A stretch of DNA of 64,000 nucleotides, from assembly GCA_943787795.1 (NCBI GenBank), contig CALSNU010000004.1, forward strand, positions 640,001-704,000. The letters are read 5' to 3'. The notes under the pieces were generated by a model that was not told the origin of the DNA, searched no databases, and was given only the letters and a program-made list of their open reading frames with translations. Source of the DNA: an uncultured bacterium. GTDB lineage: Bacteria > Planctomycetota > UBA1135 > GCA-002686595. Shown here piece after piece: positions 1 to 10,486 of this stretch (the first letter of the stretch is position 1; each line of letters begins with the position of its first letter). The translations under genes and the position numbers were made by a program.

Positions 1-822
1 GAGGCCCTCTCCGCCTCCGACGAAGGGCCGGTCCCCCGCGCAGGCCACGGCCACCACCCTCCCGTCGGGGGTGACGTCGACCCCCACCGGGTTGGATCCG
101 TACGACGAGACCGCGAGGAGCGGCGAGAGGGTCGCAGGGTCGACGAACTGAACGCGCCCGGGGTACTCCGTGGTCTCTCCCCCCCAGGTGACGACGACCG
201 CCCCCGAAGCGCCGCAATCCACGTCGAGGGGCGGGCCCGGGACGTAACCCAGCGCCGCAGGCGGGGCGAGGATGCTGCCCACCGGGATCGGCTCGGTCGG
301 ATCCGTCAGGTCATAGACGGCGACCTCCCGGAGGATGGGATCGATGATGAAGGCCCGCGCCGTCGCGGCGTGATAGGCCGCCGTCAGCGCCCGCCCGGAG
401 CCGCCCAGGTCGATGGTCGAGAGCAGGGACGGAGTGAGCTCGGCGCCCGGCGCGTCCACGGTGATCGCCACCGAGTCGCTCGCCAGCTTGACGCCGCTTG
501 GCGAGACCCCGCTGGCCTCGAACACGAGCTGGGCGTCTCGATCCGGGGCCAGGAAGCTGATGGCCCCGGCCGCTCCGCCCGGCACGGCGTCGAGGGTCAC
601 CGCGGGGCCCGCCAGTTGGAGCCACTCGAATGAGGCCACACCCTCACCCCCGGTCACGGACGCCACCAGGGTGACCCGTGAACGTGACAGCGCCGACGCG
701 TCCTCACCGGCGAAGATCGCCGCCGAGGATGGCGCACCGCTGCTTCCCCCACCACCGCCGCAGGCGGCGGTGAGGCCTACGAGCCCGGTGAGGAGGATCT
801 GGTTCGTGCGATGGTCCAGCAT
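1..822 (-). CDS. Lipoprotein with PKD/Ig-like domain followed by a beta-propeller (choice-of-anchor I-like); 3' end runs off the window
   Basis: Not in the ORF track. Hand translation from ATG 822 gives MLDHRTNQILLTGLVGLTAAC-GGGGGS (lipobox), then FEWLQLAGPAVTL (PKD-like) and GSNPVGVDVTPDGRVVAVA (propeller blade). Open to position 1. Confidence 0.75.
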   Translation of the reverse strand, partial: MLDHRTNQILLTGLVGLTAACGGGGGSSGAPSSAAIFAGEDASALSRSRVTLVASVTGGEGVASFEWLQLAGPAVTLDAVPGGAAGAISFLAPDRDAQLVFEASGVSPSGVKLASDSVAITVDAPGAELTPSLLSTIDLGGSGRALTAAYHAATARAFIIDPILREVAVYDLTDPTEPIPVGSILAPPAALGYVPGPPLDVDCGASGAVVVTWGGETTEYPGRVQFVDPATLSPLLAVSSYGSNPVGVDVTPDGRVVAVACAGDRPFVGGGEGL

Positions 823-912
823 TCGTTCGTCGTAACCCTATCCCGTCCAGGGCAGCGCGTGTATCCATGGGGGATATCCGCGGGCATCGGCGTCGACTAC
901 GCCCCCGCACCC

Positions 913-2046
913 ATGGCTGCCCCCTTCCCTGCCCCCCTTGATCCCGACCTCGAGGGGCGGATCTTGACCCCGGCCCTGCTCGTCGACCTGGGGGCCGCGC
1001 GGCGCAATATCGAGGCCGTCCTCCGCCTCACAGCGGGACCTGCGCGCTGGCGACCCCATGTGAAGACCGCCAAGATCCCCGAGGTCCTGGCCCTTTACGC
1101 GAGGGCCGGAGTCCGCAGGTTCAAGTGCGCCACGGCCCGTGAGGCCGACGTCCTGGCCGGGGTGCTGGAGGCCGAGTCGACCCCCTCCGGCGATGTCCTC
1201 CTGGCCCACCATCTTCATGGGCGCGGCCTGGACCGCCTCGCCGAGCTCGCCACCAGGTGGCCCGGCGTCACCTTCTCCACGCTGGCAGAGTCCGTGGAAC
1301 AGGTCGCAGAGATCCCCCCCGGCATCGGCGTCTTTGTCGACGTCGACCTGGGGATGGCGCGCACGGGGATTGACGTCAACGCCGGCGACGAGATCCGGGC
1401 GATCGCGCGGGCGGCGGGAGATCGGTTCAGAGGCCTCCACGCCTACGACGGGCACCGATACGAGGCCGACCTCGCGGAACGCGCCCGGCTCATCCACGCC
1501 TCCTACGACGAGCTCGTCTCGCTCGCCGCGGCCCTCCGCCAGGCGGGCCTCTGCCCCGCCGAGGTCATCACCGCGGGCACGCCCGCCTTCCCGGCGGCGC
1601 TCAAGCACATCGGGCTCGCCACGCTGCCAGGCTCCGTTCACCGCGTCTCCCCCGGGACCGTCGTCTACCACGACCTCAGGTCCGTCGAGCAGCTCCCCGA
1701 CCTCGAGGCCGAGTTCGCAGCCACGGTCCTCACGCGTGTTGCGAGCCTCCCTGGCCGGGACCGCGTGACCTGCGATGCCGGGTCCAAGGCCATCGAGGGC
1801 ACCGGCCCCGACAGGATCGCAGAGGTCATCGATCACCCACACCTGAAGGCCGCCGGTCAGAGTGAGGAGCACACCGTCTTCGTGGCCGAGGGCGGGCAGA
1901 GACCCGCGCGCGGCGCCCTGCTCCGCCTGCTCCCAGGGCACGTCTGCCCCACCGTGAACCTCGCCACCCACGCGCTCTTGCTCGAGGACGGTCGGCTCAT
2001 CGGGCGCGCCGAGGTCGCGGCCCGCGGGCACGAGGCGCTCGCCTGA
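913..2046 (+). CDS. PLP-dependent D-threonine aldolase / D-serine dehydratase-like enzyme (alanine racemase fold)
   Basis: Motifs TPALLVD, WRPHVKTAK (PLP Lys), GLHAYDGH, DAGSKA, SEEH, HVCPTVNL. Confidence 0.88.
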   Translation: MAAPFPAPLDPDLEGRILTPALLVDLGAARRNIEAVLRLTAGPARWRPHVKTAKIPEVLALYARAGVRRFKCATAREADVLAGVLEAESTPSGDVLLAHHLHGRGLDRLAELATRWPGVTFSTLAESVEQVAEIPPGIGVFVDVDLGMARTGIDVNAGDEIRAIARAAGDRFRGLHAYDGHRYEADLAERARLIHASYDELVSLAAALRQAGLCPAEVITAGTPAFPAALKHIGLATLPGSVHRVSPGTVVYHDLRSVEQLPDLEAEFAATVLTRVASLPGRDRVTCDAGSKAIEGTGPDRIAEVIDHPHLKAAGQSEEHTVFVAEGGQRPARGALLRLLPGHVCPTVNLATHALLLEDGRLIGRAEVAARGHEALA

Positions 2047-2061
2047 TCCCCGGTCCTCACC

Positions 2062-3000
2062 ATGCCCAACGCCCCCTATCGGGCCGCCGTCATCCAGGCG
2101 GCACCGGCCCCCCTTGACCTCGACGGCACGCTGGAGCGAGTCGATCAGCTGACCGCCCGCGCGGCCTCCGACGGAGCGGCGCTGGCCGTCTTCCCCGAGG
2201 CCTTCGTCGGCGGCTATCCCAAGGGCGTCGACTTCGGGGTCCGGCTCGGCACACGCAGCGAGGCCGGGCGCGCCGCGTTCGAGCGCTATCACTCCGCGGC
2301 CGTGGAGGTCCCCGGACCGGCGGTGGAGCGCCTAGGTGCCATCGCTGCGCGCCACGGGGTCGAGCTCGTCATCGGGGTCGTCGAGCGTGATGGCGGGACG
2401 CTCTACTGCACGGTCCTGTTCGTCGGCCCAGATGGAGGGCTGCGAGGCAAGCACCGCAAGCTCGTCCCCACCGCCCTCGAGCGCTGCATCTGGGGCCGCG
2501 GTGACGCCACCACGCTCACCGTGGTGGACTCGCCCCGCGGCAAGATCGGCGCGGCGATCTGCTGGGAGAACTACATGCCGCTCATGCGCGCCGCGCTCTA
2601 CGAGCGGGGCACCGAGATCTACTGCGCGCCCACGGTGGACGATCGTGAGGTGTGGCAGTCCACGATGCGGCACGTCGCCGTGGAGGGCCGCTGCCATGTC
2701 CTGGCCGCCTGCCAGCATCTCCGCGGGCGCGACGTCCACCCGGACCTGGGCGGCGGCGAGGTGCCGCCCGACGAGATCTTGATTCGAGGTGGCAGCGTCA
2801 TCGTCGACCCCTTCGGAGAGGTGCTCGCGGGCCCCGTCTTTGACGAGGACGCCGTCCTCGTCGCCGAGATCGACCCCGGCGCCGTGATCCGCGGCCGCTT
2901 CGACCTCGACGTCTCCGGGCACTACGCCCGGCCGGATGTGTTCGAGCTGCGCGTCCTCCGCCCCGTCGTTGACGAGACGCCCCCCGTGGCGGGCGAGTGA
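2062..3000 (+). CDS. Nitrilase (carbon-nitrogen hydrolase family)
   Basis: Glu-Lys-Cys triad motifs FPEAFVGGYP, HRKLVPT, ICWENYMP; C-terminal DVSGHYARPDVF. Confidence 0.92.
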   Translation: MPNAPYRAAVIQAAPAPLDLDGTLERVDQLTARAASDGAALAVFPEAFVGGYPKGVDFGVRLGTRSEAGRAAFERYHSAAVEVPGPAVERLGAIAARHGVELVIGVVERDGGTLYCTVLFVGPDGGLRGKHRKLVPTALERCIWGRGDATTLTVVDSPRGKIGAAICWENYMPLMRAALYERGTEIYCAPTVDDREVWQSTMRHVAVEGRCHVLAACQHLRGRDVHPDLGGGEVPPDEILIRGGSVIVDPFGEVLAGPVFDEDAVLVAEIDPGAVIRGRFDLDVSGHYARPDVFELRVLRPVVDETPPVAGE

Positions 3001-3004
3001 TCTA

Positions 3005-3077
3005 GCGGGCGACTGAATTGGCGGGCGACTGAGTTGGCGGGCGACTGAGTTGGCGGGCGACTGAGTTGGCGGGCGAC
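3005..3077. repeat. 16-bp tandem repeat GCGGGCGACTGA(A/G)TTG x4.5
   Basis: Directly visible just after the nitrilase stop; no spacers. Confidence 0.9.
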
Positions 3078-3228
3078 CGGTCTCGGCCCCAGCGCGCTGA
3101 GAAACCGGCCTCATAACCCCGTGCCGGGCGGTCACCTTGCCCTTGTGCGGCGGACTGCCCTAGCATCAGGTGTTCGCCGTCGCCGAGCGGCGAAGCTCAC
3201 CTACAACTCAAACAGCGAGGAGTCCGCC

Positions 3229-3645
3229 ATGCTGCGTTCTGTCGAAGCCGAGGATCACATGACCCGATCACCGGTGACCCTGAAGCCGGAGACCCACATC
3301 TTCGAGGCCATTCGAGCGCTCACCGAGCGCAGCATCTCCGGAGCGACGGTCCTCGACGACGACGGCAATGTCGTCGGGGTGATCTCCGAGATGGACTGCC
3401 TCCAGGCCGTGCTCAGCGGCACCTACCACGGCGAGGTCGGGGGCACGGTGGCGGACATCATGACCACCGAGGTGGAGACGGTGGAGGTGGGCTTGAGCGT
3501 CGTGGACGTGGCCCAGCAGCTCATCGATGGACACCGGCGTCGCTTCCCGATCGTCAAGGAGGGCAAGTTCGTCGGCCAGGTCTCCTGTCGCTCGATCCTG
3601 CGCGCCGTGATGCAGTTCGCGCATACGGACGCGCCTGCAGACTGA
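3229..3645 (+). CDS. CBS-domain pair protein
   Basis: MTRSPVTL...ISGATVLDDDGNVVGVISEMD...TVADIMT...RRFPIVKEGKFVGQVS; GAGGAG RBS before ATG 3229. Confidence 0.88.
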   Translation: MLRSVEAEDHMTRSPVTLKPETHIFEAIRALTERSISGATVLDDDGNVVGVISEMDCLQAVLSGTYHGEVGGTVADIMTTEVETVEVGLSVVDVAQQLIDGHRRRFPIVKEGKFVGQVSCRSILRAVMQFAHTDAPAD

Positions 3646-3728
3646 GCGGAACGGCGGAGTCAGCGGCCCCCGGGGAGCTCGGCCCCACCGCCGCGGGCCA
3701 GGCCGCCCCGGTCCCGGGCCCGGGGTGA

Positions 3729-3771
3729 CCTGATTGCAGGCCTGATTGCAGGCCTGATCGCAGGCCTGATT
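3729..3771. repeat. 12-bp tandem repeat CCTGAT(T/C)GCAGG x3.5
   Basis: Directly visible between convergent genes. Confidence 0.8.
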
Positions 3772-3787
3772 CTCGGCGGACCCTTGC

Positions 3788-6616
3788 TCAGGCCGGGGCG
3801 TCGACGCCGTAGAAGGTCCCCGGATAGAGGCCCTCGCCGACCGCACCGTCCTCGACCTTGCGAACCTCCGCGGCGCAGACCTTGTACTCCGCGGTGTCCG
3901 TCACGGGGTCCCCCGCGTCGTTGGTGATCACGTTGGCTCGCGCCTCGAAGAAGTGCAGGGGCATCCAGATGCAGCGCGGCTGGACCTGGCGCGAGTAGAG
4001 CGCCCTGACCCGCACCGAGCCGCGCCGGGTCGAGATCTCGACAAGGTCCCGGTCCTCGATGCCGCGCTTCTTCGCATCGCGGGGGTGGATCTCAACCCAG
4101 GCCTCGGACTGCTTCGCGTCGAGCCCCGACTCGCGTCGGGTCTGGGTCGCACAGTTGTAGTGGTACAGCGTCCGCCCGGTCGAGAGGAGCAGGCCGTAGG
4201 TCTCGTCAGGGAGCTCCGCCGGCGGGCGATAGTCCACCGCCTGGAACAGCCCCTTGCCCCGCAGGATTCCCTCCTCGTGGAGGAAGGTCGTCCCCGGGTG
4301 GTCCGGGGTCGGGCAGGGCCACTGGAGGCCCGTCTTGGGGAGCTCGACCGTGGCGTCGAGCCGGGCGTGGCTGATCCCGGAGAACTTGTCCGCGTCACGC
4401 ACCAGCTCGTCGTAGACGTCGGCAGCGGTGTCGAACGACCAGTCCGCGCCGCTCGCGTTGGCGAGCGCGATCAGGATGCGCCAGTCCTCGCGCGCCTCGC
4501 CCGGCGGCTCGACGGCCTTGCGCACGCGCTGAACGCGCCGCTCGGAGTTGGTGAAGACGCCCTCCTTCTCGGCGAAGACCGACGCGGGGAAGACCACGTC
4601 CGCGAAGCGGCAGGTCTCGTTGAGGAAGGCGTCCTGCACGACCACGAACTCGGCGGCGTTCATGCCCTTCTCGAGCTCCATGCAGTTCGGCTCGGAGAGG
4701 ACCACGTCCTCCCCCATGACGAAGAGGCCTCTGATGCTCTTGCCCACCTCCTTCATCATCACGTTCAGGTTCAGTCCCGGCTCGGAGGGGAACGTCGTCC
4801 CCCACGCCTCCTCGTACCTGGCGTGGGCCTCGGGGTCGTCGACCCGCTGGTAGCCCGGGAGGAAGATCGGGGTCGCGCCGGCGTCGTTGGCGCCCTGGAC
4901 GTTGTTCTGTCCGCGCAGCGGGTTCATCCCTGAAGAGGGCTTGCCCAGGTGCCCGGTCATGAGCACGAGGTTCGCGAGGGCGTAGACGTTGTCCGTGCCG
5001 TGCGTGTGCTCGGTGATCCCGAGGGTGTAGTAGATCCCGGCCTTCTCCGTGGTCGCGTACTTGCGCGCGACCCAGCGGATGTCCTCGGCGGAGATCCCCG
5101 TGTGCTCCTCCGCCGCCTCGGGCGAGTAGCGCTTCACGGTCTCCCGCACCGCCTCGAAGCCCTCGGTGTTCTCGGCCACGAAGGTCTCGTCCACGAGGCC
5201 CTCCTCGCAGATCACGTGGGCCATGGCGTTCAGCAGCCAGACGTCGCAGCCCGGCTTCAGCTGGAGGTGCTTCTCCGCGATGGTCGACATCCAGATCTTG
5301 CGCGGGTCCGCGACCACCATGGTCGCGCCGCGCCGCACCGCCCGCTTCATCTCCATGGCGATGATCGGGTGCGCCTCGCTCGTGTTGCTCCCGATCACGA
5401 ACAGGAAGTCCGCGTTACGGATCTCCCCGATCGAGTTCGTCATCGCGCCCGCTCCGAAGGTGGTGACCAGACCGGCCACCGTCGGAGCGTGTCATGTCGC
5501 TGCACACTGATGGATGTTGTTCGTCTTGAACACCGCCCGCGATAGCTTCTGCACGAGGTAGTTCTCCTCCATCGTGCAGCGCGACGAGCTGACGAAGCCC
5601 AGCCCGTTGGGCCCGTGCCGCTCGCTGACGCCGTGGAGGCCCGCGGCCGCCACAGAGAGCGCGTTCTCCCAGCTGGTCGGCACCAGCTCGCCCGCGTCGT
5701 TGCGGACCAGCGGGCTCGTGATGCGCTCCTCGTGGTGGATGAAGTCGTAGGCGAAGCGCCCCTTCACGCACAGGTTGCCGTCGTTCGTGGTCGTGCCCGC
5801 GGGCGGGCTGGTGACCTTCACCACCTGACCGCGGCCGTCGTTGGCGTCCGGGTCCACGTTGAGGTCGAGCTGGCACCCGACGCCGCAGAAGTTGCACGTG
5901 CTGCGCACCTTGGTCAGCTCGCGCTCGGGCTTGGCCTCGCGCGTCAGGGGCATCTTCTCCCCCATGGCGCCCGTGGGGCAGACGTCCACGCACCCGCCGC
6001 ACATCTCGCAGGTGGTGTCCATCAAGGACAGCCCGTCCACCGTCGCGATGGTGGTCTCCGCGCCGCGGCCCGCGAGGGTGATGGCGCTGACGCCCTCGAC
6101 CTCCTCGCAGTAGCGCGTGCAGCGCGCGCAGGAGATGCAGGTGTCGGCGTTGAAGTGGATGTAGGGGTTGCGGTCCGCGTCGCGGTTGTCCCGCAGGGAC
6201 TCCATGAAGCCCCAGTCCCGCGGCGCCTCGTAGCGCGCCGCCATCTCCAGCAGCTCGTTGGGCGCGCCGCGCTCCGCGACCTCGATGTCCTGGGGGTGGT
6301 CCGTGAGGTAGAGGGCGAAGAGGGTCTTGCGGTGGCGGTCGATCCGCTCCGTCTCCGTCCGCACCTCCGCGCCGTCCTGGGCGGGGGTCTTGCAGGCGGG
6401 GAGCAGTCGGCGCTGCCCCTCGACCTCCACCAGGCAGGTCCGGCAGGCGCCCGCCGGCTCCAGGCGCGGGTCATGGCACAGGGTCGGGATCTCCGCCCCC
6501 GCGCGCTGGGCGACCTCGAGGATCGTCTCGCCCGCCTGGAAGGGCATCTGTCGTCCGTCCACCTGGATGGACCTGGCCGGCCGCTTGGGCGGGTCCGGTT
6601 CGCTTCGCTCGATCAT
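3788..6616 (-). CDS. fdhF: Selenocysteine-containing formate dehydrogenase alpha subunit (Mo/W-bisPGD) with N-terminal 2Fe-2S/4Fe-4S modules, ~942 aa
   Basis: ORFs 5492..6616 and 3788..5479 are in frame, joined by TGA at 5492-5494 in NNIHQCAAT-U-HAPTVAGL (E. coli FdhF CARVUHGPSVAGL). Also CNFCGVGC and PLRGQNNVQGA. A SECIS hairpin follows the UGA. Confidence 0.93.
5450..5491 (-). promoter_or_regulatory. Bacterial SECIS element
   Basis: Immediately 3' of the UGA: lower stem CGCUCCGA/UCGGAGCG, upper stem GGUGGCC/GGUCACC, loop GGUCU, similar to the E. coli fdhF SECIS apical region. Confidence 0.85.
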
Positions 6617-6619
6617 CTC

Positions 6620-8230
6620 TCAGCCCTCCTTGGAGGTCTCCTCTTCGAACGCCTCGGGGAAGTACTTGAGCGCACTCGTCAGCGGCAGCGGCGCCGCCTG
6701 ACCCAGTCCACAGATCGAGCCCTCGTTCATCTGCCAGGCCGCGTCGGCGGCGTTGGCCAGGGGGCCGTCCACGTCGTCGCCGCGCGCCTGCCGCTCCACG
6801 GACTCGCGCAGGTAGCGCGTCCCGATCCGGCACGGGGCGCACTGGCCGCAGCTCTCCGCCTCGAAGAACCGCAGCTGCTGGGCGGCCGCCCAGCGCATAT
6901 CCACGGTGTCGTTCAGGACCACCACGCCGGCGGAGCCGAGCATGGAGCCGAGGCCGCCGAGGTGGGCGAAGTCCAGGGGGTCGCCCCGCCGCTCCGCGGG
7001 CAGGAACCCCGAGCTGGCCCCGCCGGGGCTGAAGGCCTTCAGCTCGCCGACGTAGCCGCCGGCCGCCGCCACGAGTTCGTCCAGCGAGACGCCGAGCGGG
7101 AGCTCGTAGGTCCCGGGCTGGCCCACGTGACCGCTCACGCAGTAGAGCTTGGTCCCGGCCTCGGTTCGACCGAGCCCGCGGAACCACTCACCGCCGCGCT
7201 CAACGATCCCCGGGACGCAGGCGATGGTCTCCACGTTGTGGATCAGCGTGGGCTTGCCCCACAGCCCGACCTCCACCGGGAAGGGCGGCTTGATCCGCGG
7301 CATGCCGCGCTTGCCCTCGAGCGCCTCGAGCAGGGCCGTCTCCTCCCCGCAGATGTAGGCGCCGTTGCCCTCGTGGGTGTGGAAGTGAATGTCGCCGTAG
7401 ATCCCCGACGCGTGAGCCTCGTCGATCATCCGCCGGATGATCCCGAGGGGCACCTCGAACTCGCCGCGCAGGTACAGGTAGCAGTCCTTCGCGCCGATGG
7501 CGTGCGCCGCGATGGCGAGCCCCTCGAGCACGAGGTCGGGGCGGCGCAGCATGCACTCGCGATCCTTGAACGTGCCCGGCTCTCCCTCGTCCGCGTTCAG
7601 GACAACAAAGCGCTCTTGCTCGGCCTGGCCGGCGACGCCGCGCCACTTGATGTGCGCGGGGAACCCAGCGCCCCCTCGTCCCTGGAGACCCGCGGCCTCG
7701 AGGAGGTCGATGACGCCCTCGGGGCCAAGCTCCGACGCCGCCTTGAAGGCCGCGCCCAGGGGCGCAGCGGGCTTGCAGAGGTCGATGGCGAGCTCCCCGT
7801 CCGCCGCTCCCTCCGGCCCGACCGCTCCGGTCCACTCGGTCTCGCCGGGGGCCGCGGCGCTGTCGAGCTTGGACCAGTCGCTGCCGGCGGCCTTCACATC
7901 CTCCACCGTCACGTGGGGCATGGTCCGCCGATCGCGGAGCACCGCCGGAGGCACGTCGCAGCCGGCGAGGCACGAGGCCTCCTCCACGGGCAGGCCCTGG
8001 GCCTTGGCGGCGTCGAGGACCTCCTGCGCGCCGCCGAGCAGGCAGCTGAGCCCCGTGCACACGCGGACCTTCGCCTCGGAGCGCGAGAGCATGTGATAGA
8101 AGCTCCCGATCCCCCACACGTGCGCCTCGGGGACCCCCGTCTCCCTCGCGATGTCACGGGCGACGCCCTCGAGCAGTCCGCCCGCTTCTCGCAGTCGATC
8201 GGGTACAGAGGCAGCGTCGTGTCGGCTCAT
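6620..8230 (-). CDS. NADH/FMN-binding FDH beta subunit (NuoF/FdsB-like) with N-terminal NuoE-like 2Fe-2S domain
   Basis: GLQGRGGAGFP, NADEGEPGTFKDR, GAYICGEETALLEALEG, ESCGQCAPCRIG, ICGLG; N-terminal VCTGLSC...SCLAGC. Confidence 0.92.
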   Translation of the reverse strand: MSRHDAASVPDRLREAGGLLEGVARDIARETGVPEAHVWGIGSFYHMLSRSEAKVRVCTGLSCLLGGAQEVLDAAKAQGLPVEEASCLAGCDVPPAVLRDRRTMPHVTVEDVKAAGSDWSKLDSAAAPGETEWTGAVGPEGAADGELAIDLCKPAAPLGAAFKAASELGPEGVIDLLEAAGLQGRGGAGFPAHIKWRGVAGQAEQERFVVLNADEGEPGTFKDRECMLRRPDLVLEGLAIAAHAIGAKDCYLYLRGEFEVPLGIIRRMIDEAHASGIYGDIHFHTHEGNGAYICGEETALLEALEGKRGMPRIKPPFPVEVGLWGKPTLIHNVETIACVPGIVERGGEWFRGLGRTEAGTKLYCVSGHVGQPGTYELPLGVSLDELVAAAGGYVGELKAFSPGGASSGFLPAERRGDPLDFAHLGGLGSMLGSAGVVVLNDTVDMRWAAAQQLRFFEAESCGQCAPCRIGTRYLRESVERQARGDDVDGPLANAADAAWQMNEGSICGLGQAAPLPLTSALKYFPEAFEEETSKEG

Positions 8231-8344
8231 GATGGGTCTGATGGGCGCGCCGCGTGGCGCCCCGACATTATGCGTCGGACCGCCCTCCAGCGCTGGCCGA
8301 GTCTCGCTGCGGGAGTCGATTCCCGCGGAGATCCGCTCGCCGCC

Positions 8345-10486
8345 TCAGCGGCCGCCCCGTGACGTACCCCCGCCGGGCTCTGGAAACAGCTCCAGAAGGG
8401 GCACTCGCTGGAAGGTCATGTGCGCCCGGCTGCCCTCGTAGAGGATCCCCACAGTGTCCGCGTCGATCATCGTCAGGCAGGAATAGCCCGCCGACTGGCC
8501 CTCATCAAGGAGCAGCCAGCGGTCCGCTGCCCAGGACTCCCCCCCGTCGCTCGAGGCACGGATCGTCATCCGCCGCCTGGGCGCCGACGGGACAGCGGGG
8601 TTTGAGAAGAGCAGGCGACCGTCCGGCTCGCCGTCCAGCTCCCTCCCCACATGGATCAAGCTCGCCATGCAGACCGGCTCCGTCAGGCCGGAGCGGGAGC
8701 TCGGGTGAGGCACCCACGTCCCCCCCTCGTCCCGCGTGGTGAAGATGGCGCGCGACCCACCGCGGTTGTCGCGCATGTTCAGCATCAGTTCCCCGTCCGC
8801 CAGCTCGACCACGGCCGCCTCGGTGGTGTCAGGCCGCGCACCGGTGCCGATCCCCCACGTGGCTCCTCCGTCCGCGCTGACCAGCACCGTCGAGTGCGGG
8901 GTTCGGCCCTGGTCCGGGCTCAGCTGAAACTGGGCCGGAAAGACGAGGCGGCCGTCGCCCATGGTGATCCCCCGGCCGGGCCCCTGCAGCAGGTAGGACC
9001 ACGCCGGGTCCTTCACCATCTCGGTCAGGTTCCGCAGCGGTCCAAAGGTCCGCCCATCGTCGGTGCTCGTGGTGAGCATCAGCTGCCCGGTCTCCTCGGG
9101 CGCGAGCCCGGGCCCGCTGCCCCGCCACGCTCGGTCTCCGTGGCTCCAGGCCGCCAGCACGTGGACGTGACCCCGCTCGCGGTCCACCAGCACGGCCGGG
9201 TCGCCGACGCCGTCGCCTCGCCATCCATCGCCTGGCCCCTGGGTCATGATCACCTCCATCGGAGACCATGACCTCCCCCCGTCCACGCTCCGAGAGCAGC
9301 CCACGTCAATACGGCCAGGGAGATCGCCCCACCCCTTCCAACGAATGTCGTAGACCGCGATCAAGGTCCCCTTGGGCGTCGTGACGAGGCCCGGAATTCG
9401 GTAGGCGCGAGAGCCCCCGGAGCCCGCGCTGCGGAGCGCGAGCCCCAGGCGCTGCACGGTGGCCGGGCTCGGATCCTCCACCTGGATCTCCTCTCCACCG
9501 ATCACCACCGACCGGACCCTGGCGTCGACCCGGCCGTCGAGGTCCGCCCCGGCAGCAGGCGTCACCGAGATCCAGAACACATTGCGACCGGGCGTCAGCG
9601 CCCGCGGACCTCGAACCGTATGAAGCCGGGTCGCGTCTCGCCCGGGACGACGCGACGCGCCGAAGCGGTCCGCATCCTTGAAGACGCTGTCCGGTTGGTC
9701 GTAGGAGAGCTCGATGCTCGCGCCACCGTGGAAGACCTCCACGCGCTCCAGCTCACCAGGTTGGGTGGTCCCGGCGAGGTCGAAGCTGATGGACTCGAGT
9801 TCGAGCGCATCGAGGAGGCCGCTTGTGACGACCTCGAGCGCGAGGACCGGGTTCAATCGGTTGCCGACGAGCACCGGGAGGACCGGCTGGAGGGCCCGGC
9901 ACCCCACGATCGCCATGGGGCGCGCGGGCTCGAGCGTCACGTCGTCGATCAGGACCCCCTTTCCAGCGGGAGAGACACACCGAACCCGAAGCCCGTCCGC
10001 CCCAGGCGGCAAGGTCGCGGCGACCTCGGCGCGGAAGCCCCCGATGATCACGTCTCCCGAGGCGTCGACGAGCTCCGTCCAGCGCCCCGACACCCGGACG
10101 GCCACGGTGAGTTCGAAGGGGTCCGTCCGCGTCCAGCGCTCAGCCCAGAAGCTGAACCGCCCCGCGCCGCCAAGCTCATCGAAGTCCAGCTGGATCTCGC
10201 AGCGGCGTCCTCCGGTCAGGTGCAGACTGCGGGAACCCGAGCGGACGTGCTCTCCGTTGATCGCAGCCGCTCCCTGCGTCACTTCCCAGACCCCGATCTT
10301 CGACTCGAGCCTGGTGAACGCCCCGACCGCGGCGCCCTCGAACCCTTCGCCGCCCAGGTCGCCCAGCGCCCGCAGCGAGGCGGAAGGCTCAACCTTGGCG
10401 GGGACCTTCGAGGGGCTCGGCCCCCCGGGCCACAGGGACGAGGCGGCCGAGAGCGCCAACAGAGAGGTCGAGAGGAGGAGGACCAT
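8345..10486 (-). CDS. Secreted exo-alpha-sialidase (GH33) with N-terminal accessory domains
   Basis: YRIPGL motif, five Asp-boxes (SVDGGRSW, STDDGRTF, SADGGATW, TRDEGGTW, SSDGGESW), GYSCL; signal peptide from ATG 10486. Confidence 0.9.
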   Translation of the reverse strand: MVLLLSTSLLALSAASSLWPGGPSPSKVPAKVEPSASLRALGDLGGEGFEGAAVGAFTRLESKIGVWEVTQGAAAINGEHVRSGSRSLHLTGGRRCEIQLDFDELGGAGRFSFWAERWTRTDPFELTVAVRVSGRWTELVDASGDVIIGGFRAEVAATLPPGADGLRVRCVSPAGKGVLIDDVTLEPARPMAIVGCRALQPVLPVLVGNRLNPVLALEVVTSGLLDALELESISFDLAGTTQPGELERVEVFHGGASIELSYDQPDSVFKDADRFGASRRPGRDATRLHTVRGPRALTPGRNVFWISVTPAAGADLDGRVDARVRSVVIGGEEIQVEDPSPATVQRLGLALRSAGSGGSRAYRIPGLVTTPKGTLIAVYDIRWKGWGDLPGRIDVGCSRSVDGGRSWSPMEVIMTQGPGDGWRGDGVGDPAVLVDRERGHVHVLAAWSHGDRAWRGSGPGLAPEETGQLMLTTSTDDGRTFGPLRNLTEMVKDPAWSYLLQGPGRGITMGDGRLVFPAQFQLSPDQGRTPHSTVLVSADGGATWGIGTGARPDTTEAAVVELADGELMLNMRDNRGGSRAIFTTRDEGGTWVPHPSSRSGLTEPVCMASLIHVGRELDGEPDGRLLFSNPAVPSAPRRRMTIRASSDGGESWAADRWLLLDEGQSAGYSCLTMIDADTVGILYEGSRAHMTFQRVPLLELFPEPGGGTSRGGR

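Noticed and set aside
3005..3077. CRISPR array
   Set aside because: Repeats are contiguous without spacers, too short, and there are no cas genes.
5492..5494. Nonsense mutation making fdh a pseudogene or two genes
   Set aside because: The UGA is at the conserved Sec/Cys position and is followed by a SECIS hairpin.
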